Part shown: one piece after another, positions 25,915 to 39,400 of the stretch | Numbering within the stretch: position 1 is the first letter of the stretch | Layout: each line of letters starts with the position of its first letter | Assembly (NCBI RefSeq): GCF_018977255.1 | Contig: NW_024704809.1 | Location: 124,001-188,000 of the forward strand | Source: Callorhinchus milii | Taxonomy: Eukaryota | Direction: 5' to 3' | Length of the DNA: 64,000 nucleotides | Position numbers and translations under genes: made by a program | The notes under the pieces: model-generated | Seen by the model: only the letters and a program-made list of their open reading frames with translations | Databases searched by the model: none | Told to the model about the DNA's origin: nothing

Positions 25915-26300
25915 TAGAAACAAAGGAACAGGAGGAAGCTATTCAGCCCCTTGAACCTGTTCCGCCATTCTATTAGATCGTGGCTGATCTATACCTAAAG
26001 TCCACCCGCCTTTGCCTTGTACCCTTTAACACCCTGACCTAACAAATAGCTATCCACCTCAGTCTTGAATAGATCCGTAGCCTTTTGGGGGAGTGAGTTC
26101 CAGATTTCCACTTCCCCTTTGCCCCTAAATGGCCGAGTTCCAATTTTAAGATCATGCCCCTTGTTCTGGATTCCACACCAGAGGAAATAGTTTCTCCGCA
26201 GCTACCCTATCGAATCCCTTCATTATTTTAAACAACTCAAATCAGATCACCCTCCGCCTGTAAACTCAAGGGAATACATGCAGACAAGTTAATGCAAGCT
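25915..26300 (-). mobile_element. CR1 3' end
   Basis: Reverse of CR1 terminus (GGGGCTGAATAGCTTCCTCCTGTTCCT) and ORF2 tail. Confidence 0.65.
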
Positions 26301-26584
26301 TATTCAGTGGGTAAGGTTTGCAGCTGGTTCCTGTTAACCTCACAGTGCAAAACCCGATGGCTCAGGTGGTCCAGGGTGGACAAGTAGTGGGAAAGCTTAT
26401 CTGAAAGAGCAGGAGCCTGGCTGACTCCCCACCCACCACCCGTCGTTTCCCTCCTTGTGTTTGTGTCATCTGTAAACTTCCAAGTTGTGCTGCTCAATTC
26501 CTGTTTTTGGGGCACCAGGCTTCACACATTCAAACCAGACTAAGAAATCCCTGCCTGCCACCCACTTGTGGAAATTCATGTCTA

Positions 26585-27065
26585 TTGGAATGGAATGAGC
26601 GCTCTCTCTCTCTCTCTTTCTCCCCTGAGGAATGCCCTCTGCTTACCTAATTCCGGAGAGTATTAGGCGCAGGTTGGCAAGAGCCAAGGCTCGGTGGGCG
26701 GGGGAACCCAGAGTGTCCGTTTGGGTAACTGCTAGAATCTAACCAGTTAAAACCACGTAGCTCGTCACATTGTCACAAGCTTTCACATTGCTTTCCCAGC
26801 TAGGATCACCCTACCCGTTAGGGATTTGTTTTTCAACAGGAGCTGAGCGTGATGACTCCCCGCCCCCAGTGACTGGTCTGCTCTTCCCGGTCCTGCTGAT
26901 GAATCAGGCCGGGCTGGGCTGTCATCAGTAATGAGCGCCCTGGAATACTACGAACCCGCCTCACTCAGGAACCGGGACTAAGACCGTCACAGAGGGCTGA
27001 CTCAGTTTTGACATTCCGTTGGCAAGAACGTCAGCTTGAAGCCAGTTCAGCTCCAAGGAGACCCA
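26585..27065 (+). repeat. Unclassified interspersed element, copy B
   Basis: Colinear with 43775-44240. Confidence 0.8.
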
Positions 27066-27404
27066 TGGAGGTGGGGGGTGGGGGAGGAGACTTCTATGAT
27101 GGGAGCAGGGACCACATAAAACACTGAGAACCCACCTCCCCCGGGGACCAGTGCTGATGCAGTGAGCAGGGTGAGGGTGGGTGGGAAGGATGGGGCTGTC
27201 GTTGTGGGGGGTGAGGATGGAGGCAAGTTAGGGGTGGGGAGGTAGTGTGAGGCTGCTTGTGGCTTTGATCAGTTCCTGGTGCAAGAGTGGGGGGGGGAGG
27301 GGTTGCGTCAGACCACAGTTTAGAGAAGTGAAGCTCTAAGCGGGTTTTCACACCCAGAGACAGAGGCACAGCCCCAGCAGCGACAGAGCCTCCACAACTT
27401 CAAC

Positions 27405-30400
27405 ATGAACCGAAGAGAAAGTAAAAGGTGAGCAGTGCCTGGGCCAGACACACACAGACAGTCATGCATACACTGACAGTTGCACACACACACACACACA
27501 GGCAGAAACACACAGGCAAAAACACGCACACAGGCAGAAACAGACGTGAATTCAGACATGCACGGAACTGCTGCAAGGATGGTGAAGTGAAATTAACTCA
27601 GTTAGAGAGCACCACACACAGACAGATAGACACACAGAGTGACAGACTGGCTAACAGCAGGTGGGGGTACGGGGTGAAGAGGGTGACCCAATTGATGTAC
27701 GTTAGACCTGTTGCCATCCCCTCCCTAGTCGGGAGGTTGTGGGTTGAGCCCCACGTCGGAGACTCTGAGCTCACAGTCCAGGCTGAGGTTCCAGCACAGC
27801 GATGGGGAGAGAGTGCATTGTCAGAAACGGTGTTCTTCGGATGAGATGTTAAACCTCATTCCCCAGTCGTTCCCTGTTCAGGTGGATGTTAAAGTTCTCC
27901 TGCGGCGCTGTCAGGGAAAAGAGAAGGAGTTTCTCTCTCCCTCTCCCAGTGTCCTAACCGACAATCCCCCGATACAATCCCTTGCTCGTTTCACGATTGT
28001 TTGTGAGACGTTGCTCTGCTGTGTTCACTTACACAGAAACTGTGCTTCACAGACAGATTTGAAGCAATTAGTCAATTGTAGTGATAAAGCAATGTATCAG
28101 ATGTGAAAATTATTATTAACAGAGCAGCAAGCTCAGGCTTGCACCTGCTTTTATGTGCGGGGCGAAACTTTAGGTAAATTTCCATACTCCACACGCCTCT
28201 TTTTACAAGCAGTAAATAGGAACTCGGTTGTTCGTCACTTGGCGGATTGCTTTTCTGGGGGTAATAATTCCTTAAAGAAAATTAGTCACTCAATCCACGA
28301 CTGTTTGTGGGACGCTCCTGTGTGCAATTGGCTGCTGAGTTTCATCCACAAAATACAGTCACAACACTTTACAGTATATTCTGTGAGGCGATTTGAGATG
28401 TCTCGATGTCATAGGCGCTATATCAAATGCAAGGATTATTATTATATGATAATGACATGTGTCTGAACGTAGAACACGCCTGTGTGTCGCACACCCCAGG
28501 TCTTGGTACATAGTCATACAAACGTGGGTGAATTGGCTGAGTGTGTGAGGTGTTGGCAGGGGGTTTGGGTTGGGCACTGAGCTGCACTGTGAGCTGGTGC
28601 TGTGGAAGGGGGCATAAAGCTGAGTGGATGTCAGGACAACAATCTGTTAAAACACAGTGTGTTTCTGTGGTGGCTCAACGATGGTGGAGATAAAGGGGAG
28701 ATGATCAGAGGCACCAGAAGTCAAAGAGGGAGGTCTTCAACAACATTTACACAGCGCCCTTCACATCAGGAGGATGTCCAGCTGGACAGTCAGGGATCCA
28801 TACCTGAGCTGGGGGTTGGAATCAGGAGGGGTGGAGGACAGGGAGGGGAGGTGTAGGAGGGTGACCGAAGGCACGGTCGAAAAGAGTCTCTAGGGAGGAA
28901 AGGGAGGGGAGCGAAGCAGAGGGAATGGGATGGAGTTCTGAGGGTGGGGGCAGAGAGACTGAGGACCGGTGGGGCGGGCAAGGTGGGGAACGTGAAGCAG
29001 GTTGGAGCCCACAGAGCGGTGGGAGCGCCAAGGTTGTTAGGGGTTAGGAGGTCACAGAGGTAGGGAGGAGCAAGGCCGTGGAGGGCTTTGAAGGTGAGCA
29101 TCAGCTCTTCGGGTACCACGCATTTGTCACATCAAAGCTCAATTATGGAAATTCCCTCCTCATCGGCCTTTCCATCTCTTCCCTTCACAAGCTGCAGATC
29201 ATCCAAAACTCTGCAGCTCATGTACTTTCACGCAGCACGCTCTGTGACCCCATTATTCCCACCCTCGCCCGACTCCACTGGCTCCCCATCCCTTAGAGGA
29301 TCGGATTCAAGATCCTCGTCATCACTTTCAAGGCCTTACCCCATCTTACCTTTCTGACCCGCTGACTCCCTACCAACTTGCCTGCTCTCTGTTCAGCGGG
29401 TTCCGGCCTACCCCATGTCTCCCACCCGACCCGCCCTACCATCGGCGGCTGAGCTTTCAGCCTCTCTGCCCCCACACTCTGGAACTTCATCCCACAGTCC
29501 CTTCGCCTCACTTCCTCCCTTTCCTCCTTCAAGGCCAGTCTCAAAACCCTCCTCTTCGATCGTGCCTTCGGTCGCCCTCCCACCTCTCTGCCTTTCCTCA
29601 CCCCTACCCCACCCCTCTCCCATGCTCGGGTCCCGATCCCTGACTGCCCAGTATCTTAGAACATCCTCTCGACATGAAAAGTGCTCTATAAATGTAATTT
29701 TGTCGTCGTTCAGTTATGATGTGAAGAAGGGTAAAGAAGGGACAAGGTGAGGATCGAGGCAGAGAATTCCAAAGTCTCGGGGTGTTAGTGGCTGGATGCA
29801 CGGCCGCCGATGGAGGGGACGAGAGAGAAGCAGGAAGGCTGGAGCCCACTGAGCGAAGGGGTGGGGAGTGAATAGGTCAGGGAAGTAGGGAGGCGCTGGG
29901 GCGTGAGTTGATTCGCACGTGAATGAAATCGATCCATTCTGTGACAGGAGCCAGTGGGGTCATGTGGGGTGCGGAGTTTGGTGTGGATGAGGATACAGTC
30001 AACGGAGTGGTTGAATTAATTGGATTTTTTGAATGGTGGAGCTGGGAAGACCGGCAAGGAGGGTATTGGAATAATCGAGGCGGGAGGTGAAGAATGTGTG
30101 GACGAGGGTTTTGGCTGTCTGGGTAAGGTACTGTCAGAGGCGGGTGATGTGGCGAAAGTGGAAGAAAGCGGTCCTGGATGGAGTGAGTCTGAGGGAAAGG
30201 CGGAAGGTTAGGCTAACACTCCAGTGAAGTGTTAGAGAATGCTGCGTTGTCAGAAATGTCACCCTTTGGATGAAAGGAGATTGGAGTCGCAGGTAAGAAG
30301 ACGTTGGCAGGAGCCGAGGAGTATGGTTTCCATTTTGTCAACATTCTGCTACAGAAATATGAGCTACAGCCCGTTCAGCCTTGATGACAAGCAAGCCAAG

Positions 30401-33400
30401 AGAATATCAGCGGACCTGGAGTCGCAGCTGGAGGAGGAGAAGTAGATTTGTGTGTCATCCGCATATATGTGGAAGTTGACCCCATGTCTGTGGATGACCT
30501 CACTGAGAGGGAGCATATAGATGAGCAAAAGTAGGGGGCCAAGGATGGATACCCTGGGGTGCAGCACAGGTAACCGAGTGAGGGCGGGAGGAGAAACCGA
30601 TTGAGGAGATAAAGTGAAGGCAATTTGTTACATAGGACTCAGAATAGGTTAGTGCGGTCCCACTGAGGTGGATGAAGGAGGTGAGGCAGTGAAGGAGGAT
30701 GTCATGGTCGATTGTGTAAAATGTGGTGGAGAGGTCCAGGAGGATGAGGAGGCAGAGGGAATCCTGGTCACAGAGAAAGAAAGAGAGAGAAAACATTGTG
30801 ACCTTACCAAGCATTGTCTCTGTGCCTTGGGCAGGGCTGGAGGGGCTCGAGTAGGGAGTGGGGGAGAGGTGTGAGCGAGGTTGGGTGGCAACAAGACATT
30901 TCAGGACTTGAGAGGAGAGGTTTGGGTTGGGATCGTGAGAGTTTGTGAGAATCAAGGGATCAAAGGTGGGATTTTGAGGAGGGGGATGATGACAGTGGTT
31001 TGAGGGGGAGTGGAGCCAGAGGAGAAGGACAGACGTTTTGACTGGATTTTCTTCTGGACGTGAAAGGCACTATACAAATGTAATTTGTTGTTGCATGCGC
31101 TAGTAGGGGGAGAAGAGGGGGAGTTGCGTGGGGAGGGGGTTGAGGCAGCAGGTGATGGTTTCTTGTGAGGGATGAGGGAGAACTGGGGGCAAAGGCATGT
31201 AGGGTGGGGCAGTGATGGGGGACCGGAGCAGAGGAAGATAGGGGGCCACATCTGGCGTTGATGTGTGAGGACTGGATTGGGATTTAAAGGGAGCAGAGGT
31301 GGCTATGTAACAGGTGGAGGAGACATTCCAGGATTTCAGGGAATTGAGGGGAGAGGGGGATTAGACTGGGGAGAAGGGAGAGTGAGGAGAGCAAGGGAGA
31401 GTGGGGGTAGACTGGGGGAGCACTCATCATTCTCTATGTCTCCCCAGAGAATCTATTTCACTTTCAGTTCCAGGTTCTCAGTCATCTCATGTTATTGTCT
31501 GACACATTCAGGGACCGTCTCCAAACCATTGATAGACGCCAATGATTTCCTAGAACTGAAGGTTCAAACACTTCAATCACTGAGACTGGGTGAAAGTTGT
31601 CTGAAAATCCCCCCCCCCATCCCCACTCACCCAATCCCTTTACCTCACCCTGTGACTCTCACTCACTGTGTGGCTAACAGATGATTGACTGTGTTACCCA
31701 TGGCCTTGCTTCTCCCTATCTCAGTGACCTAACCCGATCCCTCCGCTCAGCGGGCGCTGACCTGCTTTACGTCCTCCACCGAGCCCACCCCACCATTGGT
31801 GGGTGGGCCTTCAGCCTCTCTGCCACCACTCTCTGGAACTCCATCCCACAGTCCCTCCATCTTGTTACCTGCCTAGCCTCCTACAAAACCTGACTCAAGA
31901 CCCTCCTTTTCAATCGTGCCTTCGGTCACCTTCCTACCCCTACCCTCCGCCCCTCCTCATCCCAACCAGCAGCTCGGATGCAGATCCCTGACTGTCCAGC
32001 GCCTTGGGACATCCTCCTGACGTGAAAGGCGCTGTGTAAATGTAATGTGTTGTATGAATGAATGATGTGAGATGTTTGGCTCTGGTGAGGCAGTTTGGTC
32101 ATTCAACAGTCAGGGTCAGGGCGACAGGTCACCAGACACTCACTGGAAAAGACATTTGGAGACAAACAGGTATCAGCCTGGCTCACTCGCTTCTGCTCTC
32201 ATCCTGGTCAGAAGGTGGGTTGTGGGTTCAAGCCCCATGTTCAGAATTTGAGCTCAAGGGCCAGGTTAATGCTCCAGTGCACTGTACTGCTCCTCACCAT
32301 CCATGGTTGCACACTCCACTTTGCTAAGCCAGTCCAGAACCTTGGGGTCTTGTTCAACCAGCCTTTCTACCCCACATCTGCATCATGACGCGTTCTCCCA
32401 CCTCCATAACGTCATACGGCTCCAACACTGTCTCACACCACAGGCCACCAAAATCCTCATACATGCCTTCATTACATTGAGGCTCAACTATGCAAATTCA
32501 CTGCTTGTCGGCCTCCCCAACTCCTCCCTCCACAGGCTGCAGATCATCCAGAACTAACTCTGCAGCCCGTGTCCTCTCCTGCACTAGGCTCTGCGACCCT
32601 ATCACCCCCATCCTTGCCCAACTCCACTGGCTTCCCATCACACAAAGGATATAGTTCAAGATCCTAGTCCTCACCTTCAAAGTCCTCCATGGTCTTGCTC
32701 CTCCCTACTTCTCCGACCTAACCCCCACCACCCTGTTCGTTCCCTCTGCTCAGCGGGCTCCAGCCTCCTTCACATCTCCCGCCTTGCTCGCCCCACTATC
32801 AGCAGGTGGGCCTTCAGCCGCTCTGCCCCCACCCTCTGGAACTCCATCCCGCAGTCCCTCACCCCTTCCCTTGCCACCTTCAAGACCCTCCTCTTCAACC
32901 GTGCTTTTGATCTCCCTGCTTCCCCCCCCCCCCCGCCCGCCCTCCATCTTCCCCTATCCCGACTCCAAGCTCGGGTCCGTAATCCTATCTGTCCAGCGCC
33001 TTGGGACGTCCTCTCGACGTGAAAGGCGCTATACAAGTATAATTTTTTTATTGTTGGGGTGGGAGAGCACCACATTGTCAGAGATGAAACCAGGGATGAG
33101 GGACTTTAGTTATGTGGTGGGACTAGAGTGGCTGAGGTTGTCCTCCTTAGAGAAGGCTGAGGGGAGATTTAATAGAGATGTCCAAAGTTATGAGGGATTT
33201 TGGTAGAGTAAATAAGGAGAAACTGTTAGATTATTATTCGTACTGCTGGGAATCAAACCCAAGCCCTTTTACTTGTGAGGCGAGTGCTCTAACCACTGAG
33301 ATACAGGAGGATGTCTCAAAGCGCTTCACAGCATTTTAATATAAAGTGTAGTGACTGTCAGTTTGTAGGTGGACGCAGTAGCCGATGTATGAGCAGATTG

Positions 33401-36400
33401 ATAGACATCCAGCGTGTTAGCTGCCGGGAACATCATCACCAGGCAATCTAACATGGCCATCAGTTTCTAACCATAACCCCAGACATTGTGCAAACGTTCC
33501 AAGAAGAAGCAGCCCTCCGCATTTCGTTGTGAGTCTATTCTCATTGTGAGATCAGATAATGCTGAGCGGCCACCAATGGCAATGCCGTTTGAGGTTTTGC
33601 AATGAGGTCGGTTTGCAACACTGCCCTAGCTCCTCGCTTATGACCTCCAAACCCCAACCCAGGTTAGAGGTCGCTCAGATACGGCACTATATAAAATTAA
33701 AGGATTATTGTAGATAATAACAGTAATAATAATCCTTGCATTCGATATAGCGCCTTATTACGTCCGACCGCCATCCTAGGCTCTTGGTAACTCACCGTTA
33801 AGAATCTGACTTCTGTTTGCTGGCCAGTAAATGGGAGACAGAAACACAGACACACACGTAGATGCATACAGAAACACACATACAGGCAGACTCATAGACA
33901 CACACATAGAGAGACGGACACGCGCACACGGACACACACAACACACACACGCGCGGACAGAGAGACAGATAGAGTCACACACATAGAGAGAGAGACACAT
34001 GTAGACGAACAGCCTTGCTTCCCTCCACTGCACTGATATTGAGCCTCGTTGCTGCTTTCTCCAACTTCACTGCCCTCAGACCTGCGGACTCCTCCCCTGT
34101 CTCTTCCTTTCCAGTTATTGTAGGTCAGACGTCACAAAACCACAACTTCCTGACTGATTTCATTCTCTCACCTACTTATTTCACCCTTACTGAGTTCCTG
34201 CACCGTGACCTTCTCCCCTTGTTCCTCTTCCTGGCTCCTCATCCCTCAGAGAATCAAATTCAAACCCTCATATACACCTTCAAAGCACTCCATGGTCCTT
34301 GCTGCCCCCTACCTCTGTGACCCCCCAATCAGCTTGTCCACTCCCTCCGCTCGGTGGACACCGGCCTGCTTCAGATACCCCCACTTCCCGCCCCACCATT
34401 GGCAGTCGGAGGTTCAGCATCTCTGCCCCCACACCCTGGAACTCTATCCCAAAATCCCTCCTCCTTACACCCGCCCCTCCCTTGCCTCCTTCAAGTCCTG
34501 TCTAAAGACCTTCCTCTTATCACATCTTCGAGATGTCTCAAAGCGCTTCACAGAATATACTGTAAAGTGTAGTGACGGTGTATTTTGTGGGTGAAACACG
34601 GCACTCAATTGTGCAGAGCAGTGTCCCACAAACATTCGTGGACTGAGTGACCACATTATTTTTTTTGGAAGGGATTATTACCCACGGGAAAGCGATCCGC
34701 CAATCGACTAACAACCGGGTTCCTACTTACTGCTGATAAACAGTGGCGTGTGTGTGGAGTAAGGAAACTTGCCCAACACTTCGCCCTGCCGGGAATCAAA
34801 CCCAGGTCCTCTTGCTTGCAAGCCAAGTACTCTAATCACTGACCTACAGGTCTAATTTACTGGCGTGACTGTGGGGAGCGAGTGGTAAGCGCATCAGGAA
34901 CGGAGCTCATAGTGAGTTTAGTGAGGAACTTCTTTACACACAAGCTTGTGAGAATGTGGAACTCGCTGCCGGAAGTTGTGGTTTGAATCAAAAACATCAA
35001 CATATTCAAGAGGAAATTCGATGTGTACATAAGGGAGAGAGGAATAGAGGGGTGTGGGAGGGGAATAGAGGGTTATAGCAGAGGAATAGAGGGTTATAGG
35101 AGAGGAATAGAGTGCAGAAGAGGGGAATAGAAGGGTGTGGAAGAGGGGAATAGAAGGGTGTAGTCCCTTCACATTCATCCCACACTACCTCCGCCTCGCT
35201 CCCTCCCTTTCCTCTTTCGAGGACCGGCTTACGACCCTCCTTTTCGACCGCGCCTTCAGTCACCCTCCTACCCCTATCCCCCGCTCTCCACCCCTCCTGA
35301 TCCCAACCACCAGCTCGGGTGCGGATCCTCAACTGTCCAGCACACTTGGGACGCCCTCCTGACGTGAAACGCGCCGCGTAAATTTAATCTGTTGCCTGTC
35401 TGTGGCTGATTGATGCCTGCCTCTGACTGACACTGTCTCTCGTTGGCGTGACAGGAAGTCCCGACAGGACAGCCTGCTGGTTGGGAAGAGCCGGCAGAGG
35501 AATGCCGGCGGAGGATGACATGCCCGAGCCCTGCAGAGATCAGCAAAGCCATCCTGTCTGTGCCGCAGCTCACCAAAACCCTCAGCCTACACGAGCTGGT
35601 CATGAAGTGTGTCCACTCGTTTGGTAAGTGCTTTCCACAGCCTGGTCTCGGGAGCCTGGCATCGGGAGCCTGGCATCGGGAGCCTGGCTTTGGGAAGCCT
35701 GATATTGGGAGGTTGGCATGGGAGACCTGTAGCTCATTGGTTACAGCACTTGCCTTGCAAGCGAGAGGACACCGGTTCGATTCCCGGCAGGGCGAAACAT
35801 TGGGCAAATTTTCTTACTCTCACACACTCTGTTTACCAGCGGTCAGTAGGAACCTGGCTGTTAGTCAATTGGCGGATCACTTTTCCGGGGGTAATAATCC
35901 CTTCAAAAAAAAATGATAATAGTAATAAATTGGTCACTCAATCCATGACTGATGTGGGACACTGCTGTGTGCAGTGCTACCCAGTGCTACCGCTATTCCA
36001 CAAAGACGTGATGAGGCGCTGGGATTATTGGGAGCCTGTCAGAGGGAGCCTGGCAGCGCCCTCGCCTCCACTCAATGCATCTTATTGTCTTATGCCTGGG
36101 CTGTGGTGTCCGAGTGAAGCTCTACGTGACACACGTGGCTGATCTTATTCTCCGGAGGCCATGAACCGTGACCTAGAATATTTCTTTTGTTTGACAATAA
36201 TTAACAAGAGGCTTTAACCATCCTCAAACCTCAGTGATTTCCGCCTGACCAGAGTCCCGAGGGTTGGGGTTGGATTGACCTAGTTACATTTCTAGTCTAT
36301 CATTCTGGTCAATCTCATATTAATATCCTCACAGTTACTGACCAATAATCCCTTCAAAATAAACAACTATAATAATAATCCCATCACTCAATCCAGGACT

Positions 36401-39400
36401 GTTTGTAGGGCATCGCTGTGTGCAATTGGCTGCCGCGTTTCGCCCACAAAATGTACAGACACTACATCTCCAGTGGATGCTGTGAAGCGCTTTGAGACAT
36501 CTTGACGACATGATAAAATGCTGTATCAAATGCAAGGATTATTATTATTCTGTCTCCAGATGAGGACGGTGCCCTACGCTGTAACAGTCAGTCGGTGGAT
36601 ATGATGCTGATGATGCACAGCTGGATCGTCCCCTCAACTGATTTCGTTCAGAAACTGTTTCAGTTATATCCTTAATTATGTGTGTCTGTGGGTGTTTGTG
36701 TGTGGGGCGGCGGATGGGGAATGAGGGGGAGTGCGTGTGGCAGTATGTGTGTGGGAGGGGAGTGTGGGGCGGCTGTGGGTGTGTTGGAGGGGAAGGGTGT
36801 GGGTATGTGTACGTGAGTAGGGGTGGTGTGTTTTGGGGCGTTGTGTGTGTCTGGGGGGGTTCTGGGAGTGGGGAGGAGTGGTGTGGTAGGGGGTGTGGAG
36901 TATTGTGGAGGATAGGGGTAGTGTCTATGGTCGGGTTGGGACCAGGAGCTGAGGTTTAATCCTTGACAAGGGTCACATACCAGGACTCAAGCCCCCTGAG
37001 AGAGAGGCTTTGTCACTTTATCAGGTAACTATCTCACTCTCCTCACCAGGGACAATCTCACACACTCTCTCTGGCTCACACGCACACTCTCTCACACACA
37101 TTCTCCGTCTCTGACTCACACACACGTCTCTGTCTCACCCACTCTCTGTCTGTATGGCTCACACCCACACACTCTCTCTGTCTCACGCTCTCTGTCTCAC
37201 ACTCTCTCTGTCTCACACACTTTTTGTCTCTGTCTCACAATCTCTCTCTGTCTCACGCACTCTGTCTCACGCACTCTGTCTCACACACTCTCTATCTCAC
37301 ACGCGCACACACACTCTGTCTCACACTCTGTCTCACACACTCTCTCTGCCTCTCACACACACACATTTTCTCTCTCTCTCTCTGTCTCACATTCCCTCTC
37401 TCTCTCTCTGTGCAGATATTGGATCACTCACTACCCAGCAGTGTTCACAATGGACAGTGACCTCGAGTTGGTTATGTTGAGGTTTTTGGAGTTCGTACGG
37501 AGGGAGGGCACCGAGGCTCACTCTCAGCTCATTGACACATCCAACATGTAAGTGGCACATGCGTGTTACATAGATTTACATACGGAAACTGTGCCAATGT
37601 CTATTCCATTTCCAGATCCTCTCACTCATCTTCAAACCCCTTCACGCTCTGTCACCCCCTCCCTCTCTGACCTGCTTTAACCCCCAACCCCTACCCGCTG
37701 CCTCCGCTCAACTGGCTCCAGCCCCTCCTGTCGGCAGCCGCGCTTTCAGCCACTATGCCAGGAAACTCTGGAGCACTCGCCCTCTATCTCTCCCTCTGCC
37801 ATGCCTCCTCCTTCCCCATCTTCGGGTCGTGCCTTATGACCTTCCTCTTCAACCGCCCCTACGGTCAACTCCCCTCTCCCCTGGCTCGGCGTTGGAATCA
37901 GAGAGGGAAAAATTAAGGGGAAGGGTCAGTGAGTGGGAGGTGTCAATGAAGGGGAGAAAACAGTGCGGGGGGTGGGACAGTGAGTAGAGGGGTCAATGGG
38001 GGAGAGGAGTCAGTGAGTGGGGTGTCGGTGCTCGGGGAGGGGTCAGTGAGGACGAGGGGTTAGGGATGGGGAGAGGTCAGTGAGGGGTGGGTTCAGTGAG
38101 TAGGAAGGGGTCAGGGAGGGGGTGGACTCCATTGTCAGACTCCGCCACTGTGAGGCGCTCTGGGATACAAACTCGCGTGAGGTGCTGTGTAAATGCCCAA
38201 TGCTGTTGTTGACTCTCTGCACAGACACCTACAGCAGTGGACACGGAGGCTGTCGCTGCTGGAGACGCCCAACAACAAGAAGAGGAAAGTCTCACTGCTC
38301 TTCGACCACCTGGAGCCCGGAGAGCTAGCCGAGCACCTCAGCTTCTTGGAGTTCAAAGCTTTCAGTCGGATATCGGTGAGAATCCCCCCCTCCGCTCTCG
38401 CTCGCTCGTTCGCTCACTCTCGCTCGTTCTCGGTCACTCGCGCTCTCGGTCACTCGCACTCTCGGTCACTCGCGCTCTCATTCTCTCGCTCACTCACCTT
38501 GGGTCTCTCGTTCACTCTCTCACTGACACTCTCTCTCTGGGGCTGTGTGTCTTACTCTCTCTCTCTCATTCTGTGTGTCTGTCTCTCTCGCTCTCTCTCT
38601 GGGTGGCAGTACCTGGATTACAGGAATTATGTTGTGTGTGGCTCGGTGCGAGAGAACCCGGCACTGGAGCGCAGCATCTCGCTGGTCAACGGGGTCTCGC
38701 AGTGGGTCCAACTCATGATCCTCAACAGACACACAGCGGCCCAGAGAGCAGAGGTCTTCACCAAGTTCATCCACGTCGCCCAGGTCTGTGTGTGTGTGTG
38801 TGTGTGTGTGAGACTGTGTGAGTGTGTTGTATGTGTGTCAGGTGTGTGTGACTACCCCCTCTTCGCTCCCTCCCTTCCCTCCCCTCACCCTGACCATTTC
38901 CCCCCCTCCTCGCTCGCTCCCTTCACCCTGACCATTTCCCCCCAATGCTCAGGTCCTGACCCAACTGTCCAGCGCTTTGGGACATCCTCCGGACGTGAAA
39001 GGCGCTCTATAAATGGAATCTTGTTGTTGTTGTTGTTGTTGAGTGTATCACAACACATGTCTCTCTCTCTCTCTCTCCCTCTCCCTTTCAGAAACTCCGT
39101 CAGTTACAGAACTTTAACACGCTGATGGCTGTGATCGGAGGCCTGTGTCACAGCGCAATATCCCGGCTGAAGGAAACCAGCTCGTTTCTCGCTCAGGACG
39201 TCTCCAAGGTCAACCTTTCGAACTCATCTCGTACCTACCACTCCCACGCCCCGCTCAGCCCCGCCCCGCCCACTCAGCCCCACCTCCGTCCCGGCCGCTC
39301 AGCCCCGCCCACACGCTCAGCACCGCCTCTGCCCACTCAGCCCCGCCCTTGCCCACTCAGCCCCACCTCCGTCCCGCCCACTCAGCCCCACCCACACGCT

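Noticed and set aside
26893-26930. TGATGA-containing hairpin resembling a snoRNA box C
   Set aside because: Lies within the interspersed element, and the stem is not conserved in the copy near 44080.
28740-29710. Twin-priming 5' inversion of a single L2
   Set aside because: Both halves cover overlapping L2 coordinates and each has its own tail, so they are two insertions.
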